Source: Callorhinchus milii (taxonomy: Eukaryota). Taken from it: a DNA stretch of 64,000 nucleotides. The notes beneath the pieces were generated by a model. That model worked only from the letters and a program-made list of their open reading frames with translations, had not been told where the DNA came from and searched no databases. The stretch's first letter is position 1; each line of letters opens with the position of its first letter. The stretch lies in the NCBI RefSeq assembly GCF_018977255.1, contig NW_024704742.1:69194001-69258000 (forward strand). The letters run 5' to 3'. Below, piece after piece: positions 13,510-26,372 of this stretch. A program made the position numbers and the translations under genes.

Positions 13510-13636
13510 GAGTGTCAGCCTAGACTGTGAGTCCCAGGATACTGCCACGTGGCGGCGCTCCATAACAGTGAAACATCCCAACAGACAGTCTGATTCCCGA
13601 ATCAGGATTGTATCTGTATTGAGATAGCGCCTGTAA

Positions 13637-13952
13637 CAATAATAATAAAAATCCTTGCATTTCATATAGCTCCTCATCACATCTCGAAGACGTCTCCAAG
13701 CATTTCATAGATTATATTGTAGATTGAATTGACTGTATATGTTATGGCTGAAACTTGGCAACCAATTACATACAGCAGTGTCCCACAAACAGTCATGGAT
13801 TGAGTGACCATTTTTTTTGAAGGGATTATTATCTCTGGAAAGCGATCTCTGGAAAGCGAGGTGTGTAGGGTAAGGAAACTTGCTTAAGGTTTTACCCTGC
13901 CCGGGAAATGAACCCGGATCCCCTCGCTTGTGAGGCTCTACAGGATTCCGTA
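13637..13952 (-). mobile_element. SINE family A
   Basis: Reverse copy with internal deletions. Confidence 0.75.
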
Positions 13953-14438
13953 GTCATGTAAATTGTAATCGCCCTGAATTAAAGAATCGTCCACTATCAC
14001 TAGATATTTCTAAGACAGTGATGTCAAGGCCCAGTGAGAGCATGAAGTGTCTCGCGGTCTCTGAAAGGGTCAGTTCTCTCCTGTTTGTTGATGTGAAGTG
14101 TGTGAAGTGTAAAGAGGCTTTTGTTTCACTGATGAGGTGCGGAGTGTGAAGTCAGATCTTGTGTCTGGAGCGGCTGTTGAATGATTAGCCAGTCAGCTAA
14201 AGATAAACTCACTTCTCAGCATCGCTGAACCGAGTGGACAGAGAGGACTGAAGTCCCATCTAAATGACAAATCTGCTGTACACAATTGACTGCCGCATTT
14301 CGCCCACAAAATACACAGTCATTACACTTAACAGTATATTCTGTGAAATGCTTTGAGATGTCTCAAGGACATGATAAGGCTCTAGATCAAATGCAAGAAT
14401 TGTTATTGTTATTTTAGTATTATTGATAATAATCCTTG

Positions 14439-14892
14439 TACGGATAAACTCACATAAGTCGTATCAGTTGGGATATAACATTTAATATGTGGAGTCCTGT
14501 AGCTCAGTGGTTAGAGCACTCGCTTTGCAAGCGAGAGACCTGAGTTCAATTCCAGGCAGGGTGAAACCTTGGGCAAGTTTCCTTACTCCACACGCCTAAT
14601 AATAATCCCTCCAAAACTAAAAACAATAATAAAATTGGTCATTTTCAATCTACAACTGTTTGTGGGACATTGCTGTGCGCAATTGGCTGCCGCGTTCGCC
14701 TACAAATATACAGTCAATTCACTTTACAGTGTGTTCTGTGAAGCGCTTTGGGACATCCTCCCGATGTGAAAAGCGCTATATCAAATGCAAGGATCATTAT
14801 TATTATCATTAATATTACTTATGCAAAGAATGAGTTATGGGGAATCTGCATAAGTCGTTATCATATATGACTTATATAAGATTTTTTATGTC
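14439..14892 (+). mobile_element. Small Tigger/pogo-like MITE interrupted by a SINE
   Basis: Flanks align to the reverse complement of 32397-32483 (TA-CAGTAAACCTCACGTAAGTC...); a degenerate inverted end lies at about 14869-14892. Confidence 0.55.
14489..14808 (+). mobile_element. SINE A short (deletion) subfamily, full length
   Basis: Intact A and B boxes, TTTGCAA anticodon loop, TSD TTAATAT at 14482-14488 and 14809-14815. Confidence 0.9.
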
Positions 14893-15561
14893 TACCATAT
14901 GACAATTACGGTACACACATACTGTAATGGCTGGTGGCATTAAGGTAATGTTTCTGTACCATGCATATTAAAGCTGAGTTAGCCCATTCTTTCCATAAAC
15001 AGTACTGCACAGCACTGTACCTCATGTGCAGAAAACATATATTGTGTTTCATGTAGAACCTTAAATGGGAGTCGCGTACGCCCACAAAACAGTCACTACA
15101 CGTTACAATAAATTCTGTTAAGAGCTTTGAGACGTCCTCCTGACAAGAGAGCTGCTGTGTCAAATATAAGTGTTATTATTATCAACACATTATCAAAACA
15201 TTTAAATGGGTTTCATGCGATTTGCTATAAAGTGTGGTGGACTGTGGCATTTTGGAGACGAATGCAGCAGCCAATTTGCGCACAGCAACGTCCCACAAAC
15301 AACCATCAATTGAATGACCAATTGTTTTCTTGGAGATTATTAGCCAGGACACTGGGAGAGAAACTCCCTTCACTTTTCACAGAGCATCACGGGATATTTC
15401 TCCTGTAGAATTAGTTTTGAAAACCAAACTCGAACAGTGTTGGGGCTCGCTCTTTAGCAAAAGACCTTGAGGCGAAAACATTAAGATTGAATCGCATCCC
15501 GAATAAATTGCCGAGACAACCATACTTTCTTGCTCAATTTTTAATCCTAACTTCACAAAAT

Positions 15562-15930
15562 AGTAATAATAATAATCCTTGCGTTTTATTTAGTGCCTTA
15601 TCACATTGTTGAGATGTCTCAAAGTGCTTCACTACAATACAATACAAAATTACATTTGTGCAGCGCCTTTGATTGACTGTGAATTTTGTGGACGAAACAT
15701 GGCATTCACAGCAATGTCCCCAAAACAGTGGTGGATTGAAGTACAATTCTTTTTGAAGGGATTATTACACCCGGAAAACAATCCTGCAATTGACTTACAA
15801 CCGGGTTCCTACTCACTGCTGGGTAAACAGAGGTGTGTGAAGTAAAGAAACTTACCTATGGCTTCGTCCTGCTCAGGAATCGAACCCAGGTACTCTCGTT
15901 TGCGGGTGAATGCGCTAACCACTACACTAT
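15562..15930 (-). mobile_element. SINE family A
   Basis: Reverse copy with a short L2-tail-like insert. Confidence 0.7.
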
Positions 15931-16194
15931 GAGAAATCCTCATCCACGTCATTCCACTCACCCACATAATTGGCGAGTTTTGCCTAATCATTATAGCTGA
16001 CGGCAGCATCTGTTTAAACCCCAAAACTCATTTTGTCTCAAATGGAGTCTCGCTATAAGTATAACTTTGCCTACAAAACAGTCACGGGAAAATCCTGTGA
16101 AGTGCTGGGAGACGTCCTCCTGTCATGAAAGGTGTTGTGTCAAATGGGAGTATCATTAAGATTATTCTGTTTTAATACTAGCCAAGCTGAGACA

Positions 16195-16470
16195 ATTTTA
16201 TTTGGGGGATTGTGGACTAGGCCACCGGGAGAGAGAAACTCCCTTTCCTCGAATCGTGCCGTGGAATCATTAATGTCCAGGTGAATAGGCAGACAGGACC
16301 TTAGTTTAATATCTCCTCTGAAGGAAGGCACCTTTGACATTGCAGCGCTCCACCAGCACTGCATTGATGTGTCAACTTAAGAGTCAATTCAAAGTCCTGA
16401 CGTGGGGCTTGATCCCACGAGTTTCTGGCTGGCTCAGAGGCAATAGTGCCTCCGACTGAGCCGGGTTGCC
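16195..16470 (-). mobile_element. SINE family B 5' part
   Basis: Reverse head and Deu core. Confidence 0.75.
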
Positions 16471-17029
16471 AATCTTGGTGAAGGGGAAAGGGCAAGTCAG
16501 CGAAGGGGAGAGGGGTTTCTGTTTTGTGATACTGATGCACCACGGCTCAGAAAGACTGAGCTCGGAGATGTTCACAGGAGAGAGAGGAAGTGGGAGGAGA
16601 AGCCGAGGGAAAGGCAAACAAGTGCGAGGTTTGAAAGAGGAGATGAGATGCCAGCCTGCCGTGTGATGGAGGCAGCTAATGACCAGATGATGTATGGAGC
16701 TGAGCGGCCTGGCCAAGGGATCAAAGGGGGAAGCCTTGTCGGGAAGGAACATCAAACTGTCATCAAAACTCTTTAAAGCTTCACCTCTCCTGCCATCACC
16801 ATCTCACTTTACTTGACCGGCTGCTCATGCAAACAACTGGCTGTTGACTTTTTTGCTGTTGCGCCAGGCTTGGGTTACCTGAGCAGGTAAAGGGCCAGGT
16901 GTCACCTCAACCTAATGCAAGATTCCCACTCGGAATAATAACACTCGCCTGCAAATTACACAGTCACTACCCTTACAGGACATCCAGCAAAGCCACTTGA
17001 GACATCCTCCCGATCTGAAAGGTGCTGTA

Positions 17030-17400
17030 TCAACAACAAGAACAAAAATTATATTTATATAGCACTTTTCACTTCGGGAGGACATTCCAAGGCACTGGAC
17101 AGTCAAGGGTTTGCACCCGAGCTGGGGGTTGGGATCAGGAGGGGTGGAGGGTAGGGAGGGTGGGGGTAGGAGGGTGACGAAAGGCACAGTCGAAGGGGAA
17201 GATCTTAAGACTTGCCTTGAAGGAATCAAGGGAGGGAACGAGGTGAAGGGATAGTGAGATGGAGTTCCAAAAGGTGGGGGCAGAAAGGCTGAAGGCCTGA
17301 GCCCATGATAGGGCAGGTAGGGTGAGGGACATCTTATGGTCTTATGGACATGGAGCAGGCCAGAGTCTGCTGAGAATAGGGAGCAGACATGTGGCTATGG
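17030..17400 (-). mobile_element. L2 LINE 3' fragment
   Basis: Minus-strand AFSLSAPTFWNSI..SFKASLK and a reverse tail. Confidence 0.75.
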
Positions 17401-17780
17401 AGTTGGGACCTTGGCTTTAACATCTCTTCTGAAAGACGGCACTTCTGACACCCAGTACTTCAATCGTTAGCTTAGATTGTGAGCTCAAGGTCCTGACATG
17501 GGGCTTCAACTCACAACTTGCTGACCCAAACCACCACCCAATGTAAAAAGATTTCTTGCAACAAGACTTAAAACAGAACCTTTTGGCACTGGGAAAGAAA
17601 ACAAATCCTCTTTAGGTTGCACCTGCCCTCATTAAATAGTTATATATCTCGATATCCAGGCTTTCAAGAGATTGTTTCGTCAGCATCGCCCACCTCAGAA
17701 ATCAAACACCGACAAAATTAGCAATAAAAATAACCTCCGATTTCCTCTCTCATCTCAATATATGGTTATGCAGCACAGAA

Positions 17781-18436
17781 AGAGTCCCGTAGCATGGTGG
17801 TTAGAGCACTCACCTCGCAAGCGAGAGGACCCAGGTTCGATTCCTGGGCAGAGCCAAACCTCAGGCACGTTTCCTTACTCCACTCACTTCTGTTTACCTA
17901 GAAATAAGTAGGAATCTGGTCGTTAGTTGATTGATGGATCACTTTCCGGGTGTAATAATCCCTCAAAAAAATTTGGTCACTCAATCCACTTTTAGGATGA
18001 TAAAGGGATTTGATAGGGTAGATACAGAGAAGCTATTTCCTCTGGTGGGAGAATCCAAAACAAGGGGCATCGTCTTAAAATTAGAACCAGGCCACTTAAG
18101 AGTGAAATCAGGAAGCATTTTTTCGCTCAAAGGGTGGTAGAAATCTGGAATTCTCTCCTCTGCTGCATCCATCCACACCTTCAAGAGTGAGCTTGATAGA
18201 TGCTTGGTAGGTCAGGGTATTAAGGGATATGGGGAGAAAGTGGGAAATTGGAATTGACAGGATTAGTTGAGGTACAGATCAGCCATGATCTCGTTATGTG
18301 GCGGAACAGGCTCGAAGGGCTGAATGGCCTCCTCCTGTTCCTATGTTCTTCCTATGTTCCACATTTGTGGGACACTGCCGTGCGCAATTCGCTGATGTGT
18401 TTTGCCCACAAATCCAGTTATCCACTTTAGAATATT
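17781..18436 (+). mobile_element. SINE A split by a CR1 3' fragment (CR1 about 17990-18357)
   Basis: CR1: MIKGFDRVDTEKLFPLVGESKTRG..., 3' GGGCTGAATGGCCTCCTCCTG and GTTCCTAT repeats; TCCAC duplicated at 17985-17989 and 18358-18362. Confidence 0.8.
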
Positions 18437-18597
18437 CAGGCCATCGTGCCCGCGCCAGCTCTCTGAGAGAGCTGTGCGTTCAGTCCCGCTACCATGTCCT
18501 TTCACATTGTTAGAAGTCATGAGTTCAAGCCCCAGTTCAGGGCTTGGAACTCATAGTCCAGGCTGACTCTCTGGTGTAGTCTGCAGGGGCTGCAATG

Positions 18598-19150
18598 ATC
18601 TGGTTTAATTTTTCAATCCCATTTAAAATGCTAAATACCTCTATAAGGTGTGCTCTGAGTGGTCTTCTCTCAAGACTGAAGAGCCCTAGCTTGTCTAATT
18701 GTTGCTCATAGCTCATTGTGGAATCCCATAGCGCAGTGGTTAGCACACTTGCCTCGCAAGCAAGAGAACTCTTGTTCAATTCCCGGGCAGGATGAGACCT
18801 TAGGCAAGTTTCCTTATTCCACACACCTCTGTTTACCTTGCAGTAAGTAGGAACTCAGTTGTTAGTTGATTGGTGGATCGCTTTCTGAGCGTAATAATCC
18901 CTTTTTAAAAAAATTTGCTCACTCAATCCACAACTGTTTATGGGACACTGTGCTATTAGCTGCCACTTTCGCCACAAAATACACAGTCAATCACTTTATA
19001 ATATATTCTGTGAAATCCTTTGAGACGTTTCAATGACGTGACAAGGTGCTAGATCAATTGCAAAGGTTAATATTATTATTTCTCTAACACTGGGGATCCT
19101 CCTCATTGGTTTCCACTGCACTGCCTCTAGGACCTTATGGTGCATTGACC
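18598..19150 (-). mobile_element. CR1 ORF2 fragment split by a + strand SINE A (about 18718-19080)
   Basis: Minus-strand RRIPSVRE|MSYEQQLDKLGLFSLERRPLR rejoins when the SINE is removed. Confidence 0.75.
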
Positions 19151-19339
19151 AAAATGGCATCTCTTTAGGGTCTCCTCTCAACCTCCTTTCGGTCATCTTT
19201 CCACAGCCTGCACTCCCCACCCCTCGGCTCCCACCCCCAGCACTGTGAAGCACTCTGAGAAGTCCTCCCATTGTTAAAGGCGCTGTACAAATGTAAATTG
19301 CGTTGTACCTTAAACATGAAGAATTTTTTTTTAAATAAG

Positions 19340-20062
19340 TGCTTGCATTTGATACAGCACCTTTCATCTTAGGAGGATGTCCCAAAGTGTTTCCGAGACT
19401 TTTCTGTAAAATGCAGTGCCCGTGTTTTGTGGGTGAACGTGGCAGTCAATTTGTACACAACAACTTCCCACAAACAGCCATGAAGTGAGTAACCAATTTT
19501 ATTTTAGGGATTGTTGGCCTGGAAACTGGGAGAGAGAAACACCTTTTTCTTTTCGAATAGTGCTATGGGATCGTTAACGTCCTTTGGATTAGATGTTAAA
19601 CCAAGGTCACATTTACCTTTTCAGATGGATATTACAGATCCCATGGCACTATTTGTAAAGATAAGGGAGATTCTCCTGGTGTCCTGGCCAACAAATTCCT
19701 CAAATAAAATTGGTCACTCACTTCATGGCTGTTTATGGGACACTGCCGTGCACAACTGGTTGCCACATTTCGCCCACAAAATAGAGTCAATCCATTTTAC
19801 AGTATATCCTGTAAAGCACTTTGAGACGTCTCAATGAAGTGATAAGGTGTTATATCAAATGCAAGGATTATTCTTATAACATCCACCTGGACAGGCGAAT
19901 AGGAGCTCAGTTTGACGTCAAGTTCGACAATGCATCACACCCCCAACACTGCATTGGAGATTCAGCTTGGACTATATGAGTTCCATGCCCCGATGTGGGG
20001 TTTGAACCCAAACTCTTCTGACTCAGAGGCGAGAGTGCTACCGGCTGAGCCGGGCTGACACA
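19340..20062. mobile_element. Reverse SINE B interrupted by a forward SINE B (about 19585-19878)
   Basis: Reverse Deu core breaks at TTAACGTCC and resumes at TAACATCCACCTG. Confidence 0.65.
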
Positions 20063-20509
20063 CACCTATCCCATTACCTCACAAGCCGAGCAGACCGTGT
20101 AGAGTGGAAGGCGCAAGGCCACTAAGTGGTGGGATGCAATTACTGGAGAATCAAAGGGAGAGAGGCACTGGTCTTGGCAGCCACCTGTCATCAGCTCTGG
20201 GGATGGAGCGGGGCTGTGAATGAGTTCTAAGCCAGGATTAGCTGCTCTCAGCTCCATATTTATTTCAGGTTAAAAGGTCAGCACGAAAATCTATCCCTCC
20301 GGTCTCTATTTACAGATATCAGAGGGGCAGCTGTCCAGACACTCTGAGAGAGAGATAGAGAGAGAGGGATGAGTCAACGCATACTTGGTAATTAGTATCA
20401 AAGCGCCCACCTTGGTGAGAGATGGAGTTTAGTGTCACTGAGGTAAGAGAAGCGAGTTTCTCTCTCCCACACCCCTCCCCAGTATCCCTGGCCGACAATC
20501 TCCCAGATA

Positions 20510-20877
20510 ATAATAATAATCCTTGCATTTGATATAGAGCCTCAGCACGTCATCGACATGTCTCAAAGCACTTCACAGAATATACTGTAAAATGTATTGA
20601 CTATCTTTTGTGGGCGATATGCGTCAGCCAATTGCACACAGCAGTGTCCCACAAACAGTTGTGGATTGAGTGACCAAATTTTTTTGAGGGGAGGAATTAG
20701 TACCCCCGGACAGTGATCCGCCAACCGACTAACAACCGGGTTCCTACTTACTGCTAGCTAAACAGAGGTGTAGGGAGTAAGGAAACTTGTCTAAGATTTT
20801 GCCATGCCTGGAAATCGAACCTGGGTACTCTCACTTGCGAGGTGAGTGCTATAACCATTATGCTACAGGACTCCACA
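20510..20877 (-). mobile_element. SINE family A, full length
   Basis: Complete reverse copy. Confidence 0.8.
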
Positions 20878-21397
20878 GATAAAAATTGGTCATTCCCTTA
20901 ATGGGGTGAGATGCTGCTCTCCGCAAAATTGACTGAACAAAATTGACCTCAGAAATACACAGTCACTACACTTCACAGTAAAATCTTGCGAAGTGCTTTG
21001 AGTCGTCCTCCCGACATAAAAGGAGCTGTATTAAATGCAAGGATTATTATTATTTGGTTGTTTATAGCCACACCTCCCAACTAAAACAGTGTACATAGAA
21101 TGCTGCATATGAATAGGCTGAACCATAGTAACAGAGAAATGTATAGCACAGAGAGCATTCAGCATCTTTTCTTACTGCAAATGTTATCTTTTCAAATATT
21201 TATCTATTGCTGTGTCGGTTTGGCTCAGTTGGTTGCACTCTCATCTCTGTGTTTAAAGTCCCACTTTAGGATTCATATAGTCTAAGCTGACATTCCAATG
21301 CAGTGCTGGGGGTACACTGCATTGTAGGAGGTGCCATCCTTCGGATGAGACATTAAAACTTGATCAAGGATCATTAATTCAATTCCCTCTTAAATAG

Positions 21398-21765
21398 TGG
21401 CGACTCATAGTATAGTGGTTAGCGCGCTCACCTCACATGTGAAAGAACATGGGTTCGATTCCTGGGTGGAGCAAATCCCTAGGCAAGTTACCTTACTCCA
21501 CATTCCTCTACCTAGCAGTACGTAGGAACCTAGTTGTTAGCCGATTGACAGACCGCTTTCTGGGAGTACTAATCCCTCCTCTCAAAAAAATGTGATCATT
21601 CAATCCACGACTGTTTGTGGGAAACTGCTGTGTGCAATTGGCTGCCGTGTTTCTCCCACAAAATACAGTCAATCCACTGTACAATATATTTTATGAAGTA
21701 TTTTGGGATGTCTCAATGACGTGATAAGGCGCTATGTGAATTGCAAAGATTATTATGTTTATTAA
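21398..21765 (+). mobile_element. SINE family A
   Basis: Diverged full-length copy. Confidence 0.75.
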
Positions 21766-22105
21766 TAGAATATTGAAGTGAATTGTAATGCATTGTATAA
21801 TATGGATTCTGCCTCCACCACGGTCCCAGATCAGGTATTCTACATCCTAGTGACCCCCTGGTAAACTAAATCAAATGGTCTCCTCCTATTTCTTTGAGAC
21901 CTGTCTCCCTGAACAATGCATGTGTGGGTTGGCCAAACGCAATAGACATCCAACACAGGTTGGCACCTCATTACCCTGAGACATCCAGTTAAACAGCCTA
22001 ACATTACTGAACTCACTTTACATGGGGATTTTGAATTCAGACTAGGATCCAGACAGGGAGCAGTGCCACAAGGTCTGTCAATACTGCATTGTCTGCCTAC
22101 ATAAC

Positions 22106-22451
22106 GTGGAGTCCTATAGCTCAGTGGTTAGAGCACTCGCTTTGCAAGCGAGAGACCCGAGTTCAATTCCAGGCAGGGCGAAACCTTGGGTAAGTTTCCT
22201 TGCAAAACCTTGGGCAAGTTTGCTTACTCCACACGCCTAATAATAATCCCTCCAAAAAAACAAAACAATAATAAATTGGTAATTTTCAATCTACGACTGT
22301 TTGTGGGACATTGCTGTGCGCAATTGGCTGCCGCGTTCGCCCACAAATATACAGTCAATTCACTTTACAGTGTGTTCTGTGAAGCGCTTTGGGACGTCCT
22401 CCCGATGTGAAAAGCGCTATATCAAATGCAAGGATTATTATTATTATTATT
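22106..22451 (+). mobile_element. SINE A short subfamily, full length, with a ~23-bp internal tandem duplication
   Basis: TSD ATAAC at 22101-22105 and 22452-22456; AAACCTTGGG(T/C)AAGTTT(C/G)CTT is repeated. Confidence 0.9.
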
Positions 22452-22471
22452 ATAACCTGGGCCGGGGTAAG

Positions 22472-22950
22472 TACAGGGTATTTAACAAGTCACTGGGGGC
22501 AGGGAGTCATCCCACTCAGCTCCTGTTAACCCAAGCCAAAGCCTAACGGGTAGGGTGGTCCTAGCTGGACAAGCAGCGGGAAAGTTTGCCTGACAGCGAT
22601 ATCAATGGCAAGCTATATGGTTTTAGCTGGTTAGACTCCAGCCATACTCCAACACACACTCTGAGGTCCCCAAACCTTGGCTCTTGCCAACCTACACCTA
22701 GTACTTTCCAGAATTAGGTAATCAGGAAGTGTCCCTCAGGGAGAGAGCGCATTCCATTCCAACAATCTATCTGTGGGATTTCCATGTATAGGTGGGAAGC
22801 GTAGAAATCTCAGTTTGGTTTGGATACTCTTAAGCACGATGATGGGTTTCCATATGTGTCAGGCACCCGGCTAACCAAAAGAAACACAGAAAACAAAAAA
22901 TAATTGTAAGAAAAAAACAGAGGCTAACTGGACTTTGTAAACACCCTGTA
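22472..22950. mobile_element. Mariner-type inverted-repeat element enclosing an element X copy (X about 22488-22900, +)
   Basis: TACAGGGTATTTAACAAGTC (22472-22491) matches the reverse complement of GACTTTGTAAACACCCTGTA (22931-22950) at 17/20 positions; TA termini. Confidence 0.6.
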
Positions 22951-23529
22951 GGCAGACTCTTAGCCTGATTCAGTCTGTAGCACTCTCATCTCTGAGTCAG
23001 AAGATTGTGAATTCAAAATCACACTCAGTCCAGTGCTGGAGGTGGGAGTGGGATGGTGTCACTGCATTGTCTGAGGTGCTGTCCTTCAGATGAGTCATTA
23101 AACCAAGGTCTTGTCTGCTTTTTCAGATGGATGTTAAAGATCCCGCATCACTACCTGAAAGGAGAAGGGAGTTTATCCTGATGTCCTGGCCAATATTTTT
23201 TCAGATTGATTGGCAATTTGCTTTGTTGCTGTTTGCAGGAAGCTTCTATGTGCAAATTGGCTCCTACAAAAGCCTACTAAACTACTGTCAAAATGCAAGC
23301 TGTGCCTTAGAGACAAAGCCAATTGCTTGTTAATAATAATTATAATCCTTGAATTTGATATAGATCCTTATCACATCATTGAGATGTTACAAAGTACTTC
23401 ACAAATATATTGTCAAGTGATTGACTGTTTCATTTTGTGACAAAATGTTCTTTGATAACTGGAATTTATGCAGTAAATTAAAAGCAACAAGTGGAACTCC
23501 ACTTCCTATGCTGGAGATAATAACAGATA

Positions 23530-24140
23530 CATCATTTATCACATCGTCAAAACATCTGAAAGTGCTTTGTGGTGTTTACTGTAAAGTTGCTAATTTACAC
23601 ACAACAATGTCCTACAAACAACCACAAGGTGAATGACCAACTTTATTCTTGGGTGGAGGTTGGGGGGGTGGGTGTTGCACATTGTCGGCCAGGATATCAG
23701 GAGAAAAACGACCTTCTCTTTTCAAATAGTGCCACTTGACAGGGCACAGACAGAACCTTGGTTGAACATCTCATCTGAAGGTGGTGTATTTTGTGACCGA
23801 AACGCAGCAACCAATTGCACACAGCAGTGTCCTACACACAGCCATGGAGTGAGTAAATCAATTTTATTTGGAGGATTTGTTGGCCAGGACACTGGGAGAA
23901 AAAGAAACTCTCTTCTCTTCTCTTTCGAATAGTTCTGCGGGATCTTTAAAGTGCACCCGAACAGGCAGACAGGACCTCCGTGTAATGTCTCATCTGAAGG
24001 ACGGCACCTCCAACAATGCAACACCCCACCCAGCACTGCACTGCATTTTAGGACTATGTGATTCTAAATCTCAATGTGGGGTCTTGAACCCACAACCTTC
24101 TGACTCAGAGGTGAAAGTGCTGCCAAGAAGCCTGGTCTAA
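23530..24140 (-). mobile_element. Two adjacent reverse SINE B segments
   Basis: The Deu core appears twice in reverse orientation. Confidence 0.65.
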
Positions 24141-24489
24141 ATGGCTGAATTGTAACTGGAGTAACAAGGTTGCTGTTCAAACAGAGCTACAGGTTGATTC
24201 TATCTCTTCCCAGTGACTCTTGCACTGATGGAGCCTTCCTGCACATCCCACTCCCCAACACCCCCCACCTCTCCTCCCCATGCTTCAACCAATCACAATT
24301 TGCCTGAGCTGCTGAGGTGGCCGGAGAGCTTTTGTGTCTATTTAATTTATCATTCGATCTACTGGGAGGGGACCTGGCTCCTATCTCAAGGCTCTAATCA
24401 TTGGCATGAATGGTCACCAGATCTGGTTCAGTCCCAATCCTTCCTGGGGGCTCTGGCATTCTCACCGCATGGACTGCAGTGGTTTAAAG

Positions 24490-25100
24490 AGAACAACAAC
24501 TTGCATTTATACAGCGCCCCAGGGCAGCGTCTCGGAGCGCTTAACAATGGCAGAGCCTGTCACTGAGCCGGGGGGAGGGAGGAGGTGACCGTAAGTATGG
24601 TTGAAGAGGGAGGTCTGCAGTCGTGATTTAAAAGAGGAGAAGAAGGGGGCAAGGTTGAGGGATTGGGAGAGAGAGTTCCAAAGCTTTGGGGTGTAGTGGC
24701 TGATAGCGCAGCTGCTGATGGTAGAGTGGAGGGTTCGAGGGACAAGCAGGAGGCCAGAGCCAGCCGAGCAGAGGCAGCGGGTAGTGGAGTGGGGAGAAAG
24801 CTGGTCAGAAAGAAGGGATTTATAGATGAGAGAGAGACTCTCCCCAACGACCAACACCTTGCAAGTTGTTGTTCGGTGATCATTCATCATTTTCCCTTTG
24901 AGACATCTCGGAATTACAGCAACAACTTGGATTTATATTGCGCCCTCCACGCCAGACGGCGTCTCAGAGCGCTTCACAGTAACGGATCCCGGGGCTGAGC
25001 CAGGGGAATAAGGTGACCAAAGGCATGATCGAAAAGAAAGGTCTTCAGCCGAGACCTGAAAATAGGAAGAGAGGGGACAAGGCAAAGGGAGTGAGGAAGG
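24490..25100 (-). mobile_element. Two L2-family 3' fragments
   Basis: Minus-strand SAGSGLLLVPR..TPKLWNSL..FKSRLQTSLF and reverse tails with (CAA)n. Confidence 0.7.
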
Positions 25101-25842
25101 CAGCCTGTATCAAATGCAGGGATTATTATCAATGATAAAGTAATAATAACATTTACATTTGATACAGCGCCTTTCAGATTGGGAGGACGTCTCGAACTGC
25201 CTCTCAGGATGTCCTAGAAAGTGTAGTGACTGTGTAATTTATAATAATAATAATCCTTGCATTTGATATAGTACCTTATCATATCCTTGAGACGTCTCAA
25301 AGTGTTTCACAGAATCTACTGTAAAGTGAATTGACCATATTTTGTGGGTGAAATGCAGCAGCCAATTGCACACAACAGTGTCACATAAACAGTCATTGAT
25401 TGAGTGATCAATTTTTTAAACAAAACTTTTTAAGGGATTATTACGCCCGGAAAGCAATACGCCAATCAACCATCAACCCGGTTCTTACTTACTGCTAGGT
25501 AAACAGGCGTGTGAAATAAGGAAACTTGGCTAACGTTTTACTCTGCCTGGAAATTAAACCCGAGTCCTCGTATAAAACTGATGGTAGAAGTGATGCTCCT
25601 TCCCTTGTGAACTGAAGACTCTGGTTAAATCCTGAATTTCAGTGATGTTTATAAAGCATCTTACCATCCATGCGTGCAAACTATTCAACAGGGTGACCGC
25701 CTCATAACTCACTCCCAGCTACCTAACCACTGAGATTTAAGGCACTGGGTGAAAAGGTTGTGGTCTAAAACTCCATAATCAAGGCTGAGACATCAATTTA
25801 GTCTTGTGTTGTCAGAGGTGCTGTTCTTTGGATGAGACGTCG

Positions 25843-26372
25843 AAGTCCCGTAGCGAATTGGTTAAAGCACTTGACTCTCAAGCGAGAGGACCCGGGTTCG
25901 ATTCCCGGGCAGGGCGAAACCTTAGGCAAGCTTCTTTACTCCACACGCCTCTGCTTACCTAGCATTAAGTCGGAACTCAGTTGTCAGTTGATTTGCTTTC
26001 CGGGGGTAATACTACTAATAATAATCCTTGCATTTGATATAGCGCTTTTCACGTCGGGAGGACGTCCCAAAGCGCTTCACAGAATATACTGTAAAGTGAA
26101 TTGACTGTATATTTGTGGGCGAACTCGGCAGCCAATTGCGCACAGCAATGTCCCACAAACAGTCGTGGATTAAAAATGACCAATTTATTATTGTTTTTGG
26201 TTTTGGAGGGATTATTATTAGGCTCTGTGTGGAGTAAGGAAACTTGCCCAAGGTTTCGCCCTCTGCCTGGAATTGAACTCAGGTCTCTCACTGGCAAAGC
26301 GAGTGCTCTAACCACTGAGCTACAGGACTCCACAATAATCCCTACCCAAAAAATAATAATTTGGACAACTCA
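25843..26372. mobile_element. SINE A (+) interrupted by a reverse short-subfamily SINE A (about 26012-26333)
   Basis: The host breaks at GGGGTAATA and resumes at AATAATCCC; the insert closely matches 14489-14808 and 22106-22451. Confidence 0.8.

Noticed and set aside
22660..22690. GGTCCCCAAGCC word in element X resembling a twister ribozyme L4, and GCGGGAAAG resembling a group I intron P element
   Set aside because: The remaining conserved core elements were not found in the required order; this would need an Infernal scan to revisit.
25843..25920. tRNA-Ala-like cloverleaves at SINE A heads
   Set aside because: The acceptor stem is out of register and each head runs into SINE body sequence, so these are SINE heads rather than tRNA genes.
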